Shown piece by piece: positions 38,301 to 51,903 of a DNA stretch of 64,000 bases; position 1 is the stretch's first letter, and each line of letters begins with the position of its first letter. Origin of the DNA: Neocallimastix sp. 'constans' (lineage: Eukaryota); NCBI GenBank assembly GCA_050613775.1, contig JBODTK010000113.1:372001-436000 (forward strand), in the 5' to 3' direction. The notes beneath the pieces were generated by a model that saw nothing but the letters and a program-made list of their open reading frames with translations, was not told the DNA's origin and made no database searches. The translations under genes and the position numbers were made by a program.

Positions 38301-39185
38301 AACGATAATAATAAAAATAGTAATGATAAAGACAATACCTTAATGAATGAAAAATGTAATATTCAAGTGGAGGAAACGAAAAATTCTTCTGAAACGAGTG
38401 ATTTATCATATGAAATGCCTGAAAATTCTGTTGAAATGATAAATACTGAAAAAGATAGTGATATTAAAGATATTAATGAGTATAACGAAATTCATTATGC
38501 TTGTCTGAATGAAAATGAAGAAATAATAAATATTCTTATTAAAGATTTTCAGTATAACGTCAATGAACCATGTAATGATGGTTCAACCCCTCTTTTACTT
38601 TCCTTAAAGCATGGAAAATATAAATCCGCTGAAATTTTATTAGAAAATAATGCGGATATATCCATTCCAGATAAAAACGGGGAAACACCATTATCTTATT
38701 TAATAAAACATCCATCACCCCAAAACAATGAAATATTAAATCTTCTTTTATCGAAAGTAACAAATTATCAAACGAATAATGGTCTCGATCCTGAAACCAT
38801 AATAAAATATTTAATTGACAATAATAATACTGAAAGTCTTAAAGCCTTTATTTCCAAATCAAAAAAATTTATCAATAACACAAATAACGATAATGATACA
38901 CCATTATTATATGCCATAAAAAGGAATCCTAACAATTTAGAATTGATTGAAATTCTTCTTTCAAATGGTGCGGACGTTAACCATGCTAATAATACTAATA
39001 AAAATCCTTTAATTTATGCTATTGAACAAAAGAATAAAAATCTTATTGAACTTTTAAAGAAATATCATGCTGATATTAACTACAAATTAAGAAATGGTAC
39101 TACCCCATTGAAAATATCTATAAAAATGAATAATACTGATATATTTAAGAAATTAATAGAAAAAAAAAATAAGTTAAATATTTAA
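35344..39185 (+). CDS. Large ankyrin-repeat protein, copy 1 (exons 35344-35423, 35735-39185)
   Basis: The track ORF starts at TTG just after a TTTTAG acceptor. An upstream 80-nt exon MFPFKLPKNILIDQLIQENIEEFEFSG ends GG|GTAAAA and is phase-compatible. Two ankyrin clusters (KTPLM, GATALH, GCTPLM; GSTPLL, GETPLS, DTPLL, GTTPL) flank an Asn-rich insert. Confidence 0.88.
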
Positions 39186-39758
39186 AAAAAAAATATTAAT
39201 ATAGATAGTTAATAATTGAATAAATTATTCTAATATTTTTAATAGAAATATTAAAAATAAAATTCAATTGAATAATCCATTGAATAATTTAAATATCTAT
39301 TAATTTTTTTATTTATAATTTATTGTATTGATTTAATCTAATTATCAAATTAAATATTAAGAAATAAAATATTATAAAGTATTTTAATAACTTATTAGAA
39401 GGAAGAATAATGTTATTTTTTTTTTATTTTTTTTTTTCTAATTTTTTTTATAAATGTACATGATATTAATTTTAATATAAATATTATATATTAAATTTAA
39501 CAAATTGAAATCAATAAATAAAAGGATAAATATATTTATTTCTTTAAAAAATAAAATTCAGATAGTAGAGAGTTAATTTTAAATATTTTTTATTGCAATA
39601 ATTAAAATTTTAAATCCATATATTTCAATTGCATAAGTTTAAACCATTGAATAAATAATATCATGAGCATCAATATGTGAATATCTATACTATTAATAAA
39701 ATTAATAAATATAAATGTTATTAATCAAAATGATAGGTTAAACATTGTATTTTATTTT

Positions 39759-39811
<53 letters not shown>

Positions 39812-39879
39812 TTTGTTTGTGTGTGTCTTATTTAGTTAATTTTTATTATATTATTTATTAATTATAATTTGTTTCCACA

Positions 39880-40340
39880 AAACTCATTTCAAGATTTATT
39901 TAAATGACAAATCTTTGATGCGGAGACATGCTTTTTAATATTGAGAGCTATTAGTTTTTCCAATAAAAAAATTTTGTTTTATGCCTTCATACGTATTTAA
40001 CATATTAATATAATTCATATAATTACTATATTCAATATCAGGATTGTAAACCATATAAAGATAAATATTAACAGATTAACAGACCTCTTTACTTTCATGA
40101 AAAATGTCATGAGAACTGATTTTTCTTATTCTCTCAATAGCTTTTTTAAATTTTTCGAAATTTCAGTGTTAAAATTAACTTGGAATTGACTAAAAGATTA
40201 CATTAATGTGTATATTTACCAGTGTTCAGACCACTTTTCTTTATGATAGAAACTGATAATTGATGAGTAGAACATTATTAATATAATATTTCACTAAATG
40301 CATTAGTTTTCAATCAATATTAATAACGATTTTATTTTAA
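39880..40340 (-). mobile_element. Decayed Ty3/gypsy-type integrase zinc-binding (H2C2) fragment
   Basis: Minus strand across frameshifts: FHESKE...TYEGIKQNF-YWKN..LNIKKHVSASKICHLNKS, resembling T-Y-x-x-I-K-x-x-F-Y-W...I-K-x-Y-V-x-x-C-x-x-C-Q-x-x-K. Confidence 0.5.
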
Positions 40341-41984
40341 TCATTGATACCTCGTAGCATACCGAATCCAGTAGGGGTTATTTCAGTTGAAAAGTATTTT
40401 AAGTTTTTAGGTAAGAGCAACTATTATGTTGTTAATAAATGATATCTAAACATTTTAAAATAAATATAATTTTATTAATATTTATATATTGTAAAAAAGA
40501 ATTTAAATACTATTTAACTATTTAACGTATTAAAAATATTTTTAATGCGTTAAATAATTAAATTTTGTAAAATTAAATTATATAATGTAAATAAAATTTT
40601 TCTAAATGAAAATAAGTATAGAGTAATTTCATAAAAAATTTAAATTCTTTTTCTTTATTACTTAAATAATTTAACAGATTTAGTTTTTTTTTTTTTTTGC
40701 AAAGTTAGTTTAATTTATATTTAGCTTAGTTAAAATGGTTAAAATTAATTTGAATAATTTATAAATCTTTGAATGAATTAATAATAGTATAATAGCACTA
40801 TTAATAAATAAATAATTAATAAATAAATAAATAATAAATCAGACATAATTCAAATGCTTCATAAACTAAATGAATTAAAAAATTAAAAGAATTAATTTTT
40901 GTTTATTTTCGGATATTAAATAATTATAAATAAAATTAGTTTAGTTAATAAATAAATAATTAATTAATTAAATAATTATAATAATATTATACAATAATTT
41001 ATTTTAATAATCTTTTCAAAAATATAATATAATAAATAAATACCAATTCAAAAAAAAAATAGACATATTTTATTTTACTATTAAGTAAAAACGGGAGAAC
41101 GTATATTTAATAAATTAATAAAAATAAAATAAGAAATTTTTAATTAAGGTTAAATATAAAAATTACAAAAAAAAAAAAAAAAGTATAAATATATATATAA
41201 ATATTTATAATTAATTAAAGATGGAAATGTGAAATAATCATAAAGAAAAAAAATATATAACTAACTTTCTAATTAACTAACTAACTAAATAAATAGACTA
41301 TTTTAATTATCATTAATTCAAAAATTATTGGTTTTAAATGAAATTTTTAAATAATTGGACATAGAAAATTTTAAATCGTAGTAACAAATAATGATAAAGT
41401 TTTTTTTTATAATTTTTTTTTGTTAAATTTTTTTAAATAATTAATATATTGAATAAATCATTATTTAAACATAAAAATTATGTAAATATAATATTATATT
41501 ATTAATAATAATAAATATTAAATAAAAAAAAAAATAAAAAAATAAAAAATATTATTAAAAAATTATAAAATAAATAATAATAAATATTAAAAAATAAATA
41601 AAAAAAAAAAAAGAAAAAAAAAAAAGATTATAATATGTATATAAATTTTATTATTATTATTATTATAAAATATTTTAATATTTTAATTATTCATTTATAT
41701 AAATATATTTATTTTTACATATAAAAAATATATTTGCAAAAAAAAATTTTTATATTTTTTCTTGTGAAAAATTAAATGTATTATTAATGTATGGATAATT
41801 CATTATTATTAAAAAAGAAAAAAAAAAAAATTATTTTTAAAATATTTTTTTTTAAAAAAAACTTTAATTAATATAAAATACATGGACATAATAATTAATA
41901 TTTTCAAAATTAATTGAATGTCCAATTAAATTGATTTTTTATAAAAAAAATTTTCATTTTTTTTTCAATTTTCATTTACTTTTA

Positions 41985-42050
<66 letters not shown>

Positions 42051-42148
42051 TTATTGTTCTTATTTTCTTAAAACTATAAAAAAAAAATAAGTTTTATATA
42101 TATATATATATTTTAATTTTTTAATTGTATCAATGTAATTAGTCAAAC

Positions 42149-45100
42149 ATGTTTCCTTCGACAATACCGAAAAATACTTTAATGGATCAATTAATACAAG
42201 AAAATATCAAAGAGTTAGAATCTTTTGGGTAAAAAAATATAATTTTTTTTTTTTTATATTTATTTCAAATATTTTAATAGAATAATTATTATTAAAACTG
42301 TAAAGATTTTTAAAATCGTATTATAAAATATATACTAATAACTGAAATGTTTGTAATATATTACATGAATAGTAGTAATTATTTCAGTATTAATAATTTG
42401 ATAAATAAAAAAAATAATACAAAAATAAAAATTTCATTATTAATTCAAAAAAAAAAAAAAAAAAAAAAAAAAACATATAAACAAAAAATAAAAATAAAAA
42501 TTTCAAAATAAATTTATTAATTGTAAATTTAATTTTCAATTACTTTTTTTTTTAGAGACCAAGATTTGGTTAGTCAATTGTTATATAAATTAAAAAAATG
42601 TAAATTAAATCAAGCGAAAACAATTATTAAAGATAATTTATCTTATTTAAATTTAATTAAAAGTGATTTTTCTGTCATTTCAAGAGGAATTAACAAAGAT
42701 TACTTTAATAATGAGGTTTTAGACTACTTACTTAGTCTATATCAAAAAACCCCCTTTTTCATGGAAAATTATGCAAGCTTTTTAATTCAACTAATAAAAG
42801 ATTCAAAATATAAGCAATTTGAAATTTTTTTAAAGCATAATTTTAGTATTAATAGTACTATGTATTTTGAAAATAATGAATATAATATTTTGCTTTATGA
42901 AATTCATTTTGAACCAGACGAAAATGTAGCGATAAAAAACGTTAAATATTTGTTAAACCATGGAATTAATGTGAATGCTACATTAAATTATGATATTGAA
43001 TATACTCATTTTAAAGATTTAAATCAGGAATCAAATCGTATTATTGATTTCTTAATAAGAACCTTCTTTAGAAATAACAGAGAATTTTCCTTTAGAGTAC
43101 TCTCTGAAATAATTAATTTTTATTCTAATAAAAATAAAAAGGATGCTATTGTTTTGGAATTGGATAATTTAAATCAAACGACCTTTAGAACTTTATCTCT
43201 CTATGATATCAATTTAAAAGTTTTAAAACTTATTATTAAATACTATGGTATTAATAATTTTTTTAAATCCTTATTTTATAGAAATTTAAAGGAGGCTTCT
43301 TTATATACTAATCATCATAATATCATCCACAAAATACAAATTGAATATCAACCTCCAAAGATTTCTTTAACTGCTACCGGTAGCGATGATAGTCTTGAAC
43401 AGAGTAGAAATGAAAAGGATAATGATATTGATAAATATAATAGTATTAAGAAAAAATTATTTAATGAAATAAAAAATATGCACTTTGAAAGTATTATGAG
43501 AATTTTAGATAATAACCCCACCATGATTAATGTTAAAAATTTGGAAAATAAAACACCATTAATGTATGTTGCTGAATATTGTCTGAATCAAACAGATATT
43601 ATTAATCTTTTAATTCATTACTGTCCAGATAAAAATATTACTGACAAAAATGGAGCTACTGCTCTTCATATTGCTTGTCAATTCAATAATTTAGAAGCAG
43701 TGAAACAATTAATAACAAAGAAAAATATTAATTTATTAGATAAAGATAGCTGTACCCCATTAATGATAGCCTTAAAAAATCAAAATTTTGAATGTGCAAT
43801 CTCCTTACTGTCAAACAAAATTTCTGCATGTAATACTACTGTGTCGAATAAAGAAAATGAAACACCGCTACAATATTTCATAAATAATAAATTGGATAAT
43901 AAGTCTTTATTCAAACTTCTGATATCAACTTGCAATAATAATGAAAATTATATAGATTATATGTTACGAAAAAATATTGAAAATGAATTTTATTTTGATA
44001 TCTTAATTGAAAATGAAACAACCCTTTCTTTAAAGCAATTTAAACCCAATCAATTAATTAATAATATTGTATCAAATAAATCATTCCATCGGTCAATACT
44101 TAAAAATGGATTTTATCTTTTGGAGAAAAACAAAAAAATATTTATTCAAAATCCTCTTATTTTTTCAATCAAGAACAAGTTAATTGATTTCACAAAAAGT
44201 CTTCTAGATAATTGGGATGATGATTACAGAGATATTAATGAATTAGACGATCAAGAAAAGTCTTGCTTACATTATGCCATTGATACTGAAGATGATGAAT
44301 ATCTTCAAGCATTATTGGAATATCCATCGGTAAATATAGAATCAAATCATGACATTTCAGAAATACCTTTAGCTTATGCTATAAAATTAAAGAAATGCAC
44401 TAAAGTTAAATTACTACTATTGAAATATATTGAGAAATATGAAAAAGAAGATAAGGAAAAAGAAAAATTTAAATTATTATTAGAAAATAATTGCTTAAAT
44501 ATATATGAAGATTTATTAAACAATAATGAAAAAAATAATATTGACTATAATCTTATTAAAAAAACGATTTTACAGAATGAATCCACAAATCCATTAAATC
44601 CATTAAATCCATTAAATCTTGATAATAAAAATAATAATGAATTCAATCCTGTTATGAATGATAAAGATTCTGATAAGATTAATAATATAGATAGTTCGAT
44701 TAACCTCAATCATTCCAAAAATACAAATAATAATGATAAAGATATAAATAATGCTATTAATAATGATAAAGGTATAAATAATACTATTAATAATAATAAC
44801 AATAATAATAATAAAAAGAAAAAGAATAAAAAAAATAAGAAGAATAAAAGTAAGAATAATAGCGTAATAAATAATAGTATTAGTACTAATAATAATTATG
44901 GTGATAATGATAACAATACTAAAAATAGTGGTAAAAATAATCACAGTGAAAACGAGTATTCCTTTAATAATGCAAAAAATGAAAATAAAAGAGACATTAA
45001 TAACCAAAATAGTAATATAAATTGTAACGAAAATAATGAAAATAGTAATGATAAAGACAATACCTTAATGAATGAAAAATGTAATATTCAAGTGGAGGAA

Positions 45101-45895
45101 ACGAAAAATTCTTCTGAAACGAGTGATTTAACATATGAAATATCTGAAAATTCTGTTGAAATGATAAATACTGAAAAAGAAAGTGATAATAAAGATATTG
45201 ATGAGTATAACGAAATTCATTATGCTTGTCTGAATGAAAATGAAGAAATAATAAATATTCTTATTAAAGATTTTCAGTATAACGTCAATGAACCATGTAA
45301 TGATGGTTCAACCCCTCTTTTACTTTCCTTAAAGCATGGAAAATATAAATCCGCTGAAATTTTATTAGAAAATAATGCGGATATATCCATTCCAGATAAA
45401 AACGGGGAAACACCATTATCTTATTTAATAAAACATCCATCACCCCAAAACAATGAAATAATAAATCTTCTTTTATCGAAAGTAACAAATTATCAAACGA
45501 ATAATGGTCTCGATCCTGAAGCCATAATAAAATATTTAATTGACAATAATAATACTGAAAGTCTTAAAGCCTTTATTTCCAAATCAAAAAAATTTATCAA
45601 TAACACCAATAACGATAATGATACACCATTATTATATGCCATAAAAAGGAATCCTAACAATTTAGAATTGATTGAAATTCTTCTTTCAAATGGTGCGGAC
45701 GTTAACCATGCTAATAATACTAATAAAAATCCTTTAATTTATGCTATTGAACAAACGAATATAAATCTTATTGAACTTTTAAAGAAATATCATGCTGATA
45801 TTAACTACAAATTAAGAAATGGTACTACCCCATTGAAATTATCTTTAAGTATGAATAATACTACTATAATTAAGAAATTATTAGAAAAAAAATAA
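42149..45895 (+). CDS. Large ankyrin-repeat protein, copy 2 (exons 42149-42228, 42556-45895)
   Basis: Same two-exon structure (MFPSTIPKNTLMDQLIQENIKELESFG|DQDLVSQ). Lacks the 34-aa internal duplication of copy 1. Confidence 0.88.
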
Positions 45896-47106
45896 GTTAA
45901 ATATTTAAAAAAAAATATTAATATAGATAGTTAATAATTGAATAAATTATTCTAGTGTTTGTAATAGAAATATTAAAAAAAATAAATAAATAAATATTAA
46001 AAAAAAAAAAATATTAATAAAAATAATTAATAATAAAAAAAAAATTATAAAAATAAATATTTTTTTTTTAAAGTTTTTCATTTTTTAAAAAATTATAAAA
46101 ATAAACTTTTTTTTTTAAAGTAATTCCTTTTTTAAAAAATTATAAAAATAAATCTTTTTTATTTAAAGTAATTCATTTTTTAAAAAATTATAAAATTAAA
46201 TCATTCTATTATACATCTTTTATTTTTTATAATTTTTAAATTTTCATAAATTTATAATATGTAAACATTAATGACGAATTATTATTTTTATTTTTTTTTT
46301 TGATTTAACATCTGCTCTGTTTTCTAATAAGTAATTTATTATTTCTATTGGTACAAAATAGCAAACAGTAATTAAAGATGTAACTTCAAAATCATAAATT
46401 TATTTTTTTTTTTTTTTATAATTATTGTATTATAATTTAAAATAAATTTATCAATTAACATAATTTCTAATAAATTATATTAATAGTTGTAAATACTAAT
46501 TATATCTTAATTTTTTAGAATTTTTCATTAATTAATTATGAAGAAAAATATATAAAAAGACAAATTATATATGTATTATTTTAGTTAATAAAAAAATTTA
46601 TTAAAGATATTAATAATTGATACAATGATTTTTTTTTTTTTTGATTATTATTATTATTATTATTATTATTGTTATTTTGTTTAAAATAAAAATAAAAATA
46701 TTATTAATAGTATTTAAAAGAAAAAATAACTATAAATATTTTCTAATAATTAGAGAAATAGGACATTATAAAAAGGGTTTTCTATTTATTAATTTTTATA
46801 TTAGTTATATTTAAAGAATAATAATATATAACCAAACCATATTAATATTTTTGGCTATTTAATTTATTCTTTATACCAGAATATGTGAGATACCTTTTTA
46901 TATTCTATTATAAAAAATTTTAATAATATTATATAAAATAATTTATTATTACAATAATTTGCATTTTTTTATATAATTTAAAATATTATATATTCTTGGA
47001 TAAGAATTATTATTGATTATATTAATATTAATACTAAATTTGATAAGTAACTAATTAATTAAAATAATAATACAAATAATAAATATATTATTACATATTT
47101 TTTATG

Positions 47107-47176
<70 letters not shown>

Positions 47177-47209
47177 ATTATTATTATTATTTATTATTTA
47201 TTATTTATT

Positions 47210-49030
47210 TTAAATACATCCAGAGAATGGAACCCAATCTATTTGAAGATTACCAGTAAAATTATTACCAATAATTTGTCCTTGAATATTTCCATTGTAT
47301 CCTTCAATATCTGCATTTGGAGCAAGAAGAGAGCCTTGAATTCTGAAATTTTGAATAATAACCTTCTTGGCATTTGGAACATTCCAAAGAATTCGAGTGG
47401 CATACTTATTTAATGAGGAGATATCAAAGTTTGTGAATTTCACCACTTCAGAAAGAAGATTAAAAATAATTGTCACTTCACTAATTTTAACCCCATTTTC
47501 ATTAATCTTGATATTATGATATTGATTAAGATTTTCAATCTTAATAACATATAATTTTTGGTTAGGAATTAAGTCAATAATAAGAATGCCAGATTCATTC
47601 ATGACTTTTGTATTGTCTGTCGTAAGAGCTAACTTTTTAGAAAGGGTAGTCACCGTCCTCTTAGCTTCTTCAAAATTAATAATAGTTTTCTTTTCAATGG
47701 AACATTGATATTTTTCAATTGCTTCCTTGATGTAATTTGGAAGTTCAATACTCGTTTGATAAGCAATACCTCCATTTAGAATTTCACCTCCATCACGATA
47801 GTTCAAGGTACCTGCAATAACAGAATATTTAATATCACCATTCATTGTTGCGCTGGTACAACTATATTCACTTTTGACATTATGTTCCACTGGGTTATAG
47901 ACGAAAGCACCAATTTGATAACCACCACTGATATTAGCTGTACCCTTAACAGCTAATCTACCTTGAACATCAGAACTGTAACCATTGAAGTTATGGAAGA
48001 AGAAAGCATTAAATTTTTGAATAATACCAAAGATTTCCGTTGAACATTTAGTACCTGAACCATTCTTAGATTTTCCTTTTTTAATTTTAGAAACTGTAGA
48101 AACCGTAGATTTAGCTTTTCCATTTTTGGTACTTTTGGATTTAGCTGTAATCGTAGATTGAGTAGTTGTAGGCTTAGTTTTGGTAGATTTAGAAGTAGAA
48201 ATTTTGGAAGTGCTGGTAGATTTAATTGTAGTTAGCTTAGTAGTTTTATAGATAGTATAAGTAGATTTAATTGTTTTAGAAGTGGTGTGTTTTATTGTTG
48301 CTGACTTTGAAATAGATGACATTAAGGTAGCTTTAGTTTTTGTTTTGGTGGATTTGATAGAAGTCGTTCTGGTTTCTGTAATCATTAATTTAGTAATAGT
48401 AGTAGAGGATTTTTTAGAAGTAGTAGAAGGTTTTTTAGAAGTAATAGATGATTTTTTAGAAGTAGTTGATGATTTTTTAGAAGTAGTAGAAGTTTTTTTA
48501 GAAGTAGTAGAAGGTTTTTTAGAAGTAGTAGAAGGTTTTTTAGAAGTAGTAGAAGGTTTTTTAGAAGTAGTAGAGGTTTTTTTAGAAGTAATAGAGGATT
48601 TTATAGAAGTAGTAATTTTTGGTACTTCAATTTCTTCTTCGCTATCAGAGTCATCATTAAGTTTGGGCATTTTAAGAATCTCTTCATTTTCGTCGTCACT
48701 CTCTTCTTCATCTTCAATTTTTTCAATGGGTTCTTCTGCATCACTCTCTTCCCCGATTGAAGTTTTATGAGTAAAAGAAATATCCTCTTCTTCGTCATCT
48801 GAGACTTGAGTACTTAAATCATTGGCAGGAATGGAGTTCAATTGGGAATGACAAATTCCAAATTCAGATTGACAACCGTCACCGCAATACTCTTCGGTTT
48901 TACCGCAGTAACCATATTTACTGCAGCAAAAGCCATCCATACAGCGACCATAACCTTTACCACAATTTTTAGCCAAAGCTATCAGAGCAGAGAACATAGA
49001 TAGTAATAAAATATGTAAAATTCTTTTCAT
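47210..49030 (-). CDS. Secreted CBM18 - acidic then Ser/Thr/Lys stalk - choice-of-anchor A domain protein, paralog 3 (606 aa)
   Basis: Signal peptide; CGKGYGRCMDGFCCSKYGYCG; SKKPSTT heptad repeats; C-terminal domain 47210-48046 ending QIDWVPFSGCI. Confidence 0.9.
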   Translation of the reverse strand: MKRILHILLLSMFSALIALAKNCGKGYGRCMDGFCCSKYGYCGKTEEYCGDGCQSEFGICHSQLNSIPANDLSTQVSDDEEEDISFTHKTSIGEESDAEEPIEKIEDEEESDDENEEILKMPKLNDDSDSEEEIEVPKITTSIKSSITSKKTSTTSKKPSTTSKKPSTTSKKPSTTSKKTSTTSKKSSTTSKKSSITSKKPSTTSKKSSTTITKLMITETRTTSIKSTKTKTKATLMSSISKSATIKHTTSKTIKSTYTIYKTTKLTTIKSTSTSKISTSKSTKTKPTTTQSTITAKSKSTKNGKAKSTVSTVSKIKKGKSKNGSGTKCSTEIFGIIQKFNAFFFHNFNGYSSDVQGRLAVKGTANISGGYQIGAFVYNPVEHNVKSEYSCTSATMNGDIKYSVIAGTLNYRDGGEILNGGIAYQTSIELPNYIKEAIEKYQCSIEKKTIINFEEAKRTVTTLSKKLALTTDNTKVMNESGILIIDLIPNQKLYVIKIENLNQYHNIKINENGVKISEVTIIFNLLSEVVKFTNFDISSLNKYATRILWNVPNAKKVIIQNFRIQGSLLAPNADIEGYNGNIQGQIIGNNFTGNLQIDWVPFSGCI

Positions 49031-49336
49031 CCTCTTCTATATATGTTAGATATATATAAATTTAAAATTAGAAAATAATTTTTTTTTTAAAAAAATATAT
49101 ATATATGTATAAATATATAATTCTTTAAGTCTATATTATAATAATACAAATTTTAAAAACTCTATAAATATATTTTTTATTAAGATTTTATAAAATTATA
49201 ATTAAATTTAAATTAAATAAAAAAAAATAATAATAATAAAATAAGCAAAGTAATTTAATATTTGACTTAAAATATTTTTAATAATTAAAGAAATGATTTA
49301 GATTATTATTATTATTTTTGTTGTTATAACAATAAC

Positions 49337-49367
<31 letters not shown>

Positions 49368-49949
49368 GAACTCTTTATATACTTTTCATTCTTGGTTCAA
49401 AAGTATATAAAATATAGCAATATTTATTATAAATTTTAAATTTTTTTTATCTTTAAACTGAATTGTAACTCTTTTTTTATTAATAATAATAAATATTAAA
49501 TATTTAAATTCATCTTAATTATTATTATTATTATTGTGAAATTAATATCAATATAATATAAATCAACTATACTTTGATTTAAACTATTGTTTAACAAAAT
49601 ATAATAAGACTTAATTTATATAAATAAATATAAAATAAATATATATATATTTTTTTTAATATATTTTTTTTTTTAATATTCTTTTTTTTTTAAACCTTAA
49701 AATTTATAAAATTTAATTATGTACAAATTAGTCAATTTTTTTTTTTTTTTTTTTTTTCCATGGAATTAATTTAAATATACATAAAAATGATACATTTTAT
49801 ATATATATATGTATTATAAAATACATTTTATTTTCATTTTAATTTGTTGTATAATATATAATTATAATATATATGAATATAAAAATTGTATGGTGAAAAT
49901 ATATAAATAAACTGATAGATAATGATAGATACATAAAAAAATAAAATAA

Positions 49950-49980
<31 letters not shown>

Positions 49981-50207
49981 TATATATAATATATATATAT
50001 ATAATAATTAAAAAAAAAAAAAAATCAATAGTTGATTATTAAATATTAATGTGGATTAGTTTTCTATAATTTAGATGAACTGTTCCAAATTTAATTATAA
50101 ATAAATACAAAAAATAAATAAATAAATAAATAAAAATAAAAAAAAAAAAGAGCAGATCTTTTAAAAAATTTTTTTTTTTTTTTAGGTGTAACTGGTAGGA
50201 TTGATGT

Positions 50208-50265
<58 letters not shown>

Positions 50266-50622
50266 AATGATTATAAATAAATTCAACTTTATTTTCATTA
50301 AATATATATATATATATTATGTTATTTTTTGTTATTTTTTGTTATTTTAAATAAATTTTATGATGTATGTAATATGTAACTTATTTAATGATGTTAATAA
50401 TCTTTATAAAATTTTTTTTTCATTATTCAATTTTTTTTTTAATAATATTCATAATATATAGGATTCAATATATAATTTAAATTATTTTGATTAATAAAAT
50501 TGATATTCATGTTTGATTAAAAAAAGAAAAAATAAAATAAAATAAAATAAAATAATTTTTATTTTAATAATAAATAAGATTTTTGTAAAATTTATAATAA
50601 ATCTATTTTAATATAAATTAAG

Positions 50623-50654
<32 letters not shown>

Positions 50655-51629
50655 CATTTATTATTAATAAATCTTATTATGACAAATTAACTTTTTTTTT
50701 TTTTTGGATTTTGATCTAATTAATTGTTTTCTATGATACAATAAATTATTACAACTATTGATCTTTTTTTTTTTTTTTTTTTTTTTTTGTTTGCCGTGAT
50801 TAAATTTATTGATATATATTATATAATTATATATAAAAATGTTAACATCAGCATAAACTAATATTTTAATGACCAAAGTTTGCAAAAATATTACATATAT
50901 ATGCATATATAAAATAAATAATAAAATGTTATTAAATAAATGTTAATAATAAATCATAAATCATATATAATTATATATATTTTTATAGTTCAAATTCTAT
51001 TTTATATAGTGGTTAAATATTTTGTTATATTTTTGTATAAATAAATCATTTAAAATTCAAATATAAAATTCAAATAATTATATTCATCAATATATATTGA
51101 TTTAATTTAAACTTTTCTAATTGTAATTTTATTCAAAAAATAATTTTTATCTATCAATCCTTAATCTATGTTGCTTTCTATCACTATTTACACTTTTGGA
51201 ATTTAAATTATTTTATTATAAATTAAACTTTAATAAATTCATTACTAATATTACTTTGCTTTATTTGTACCAATTATTTAAATTTTTTTTTTTTAAAGAT
51301 AAATAATATAAATATGTAATGATACACATATATATTTATATAATATATATATCCTACATTTTAAATTGTCATTAGTAAAAAAAAAAAAAAAAAAAAAAAT
51401 TAAATAAAATAAAATAAAATAAAATAAAATAAAAAATAAAAAATAAAAAAATAAAAAAAAAATAAAATAAAATGAAATAAAATGAAATAAAAATATTTGA
51501 TTTATAAATATAAAATTTAAATAAACACATATTAGTCATCGAAATTTACGCTATAATAATTATTATTATTAATAGTATAATTTATTATTTTATTAAATAA
51601 TTTGTATTTTTTTTTTGATTATATAGTAC

Positions 51630-51673
<44 letters not shown>

Positions 51674-51807
51674 GTTTTATATTTAATAAATATAAATATA
51701 ATTTTCATTTTAATTATTATTATGTAATTTCTGTAAAATGATAATAATAGAAAATAAAATTATTTATTTTTTTCTTTTTACTCTATATAAAATTTTTTAT
51801 CTTTTTA

Positions 51808-51838
<31 letters not shown>

Positions 51839-51903
51839 TAATAAATAAATCATTTTCTATTATAATACTCTATATTATTTATTCGGTTTAAAATTTAATT
51901 AGT

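Larger units (their letters stand above)
33870..45975 (+). repeat. Tandem segmental duplication: unit 1 ~33870-39260, unit 2 ~40380-45975
   Basis: Homology starts near ATTTCAGTTGAAAA (~33870 and ~40380), covers ~1.5 kb upstream, exon 1, intron and CDS, and ends just after TAAATTATTCTA..AATAGAAATATTAAAAA. Confidence 0.9.

Noticed and set aside
45885..45907. Different C-termini of ankyrin copies (KKNKLNI* vs KK*)
   Set aside because: Caused by a 1-nt difference in an A homopolymer; trivial or a sequencing error.
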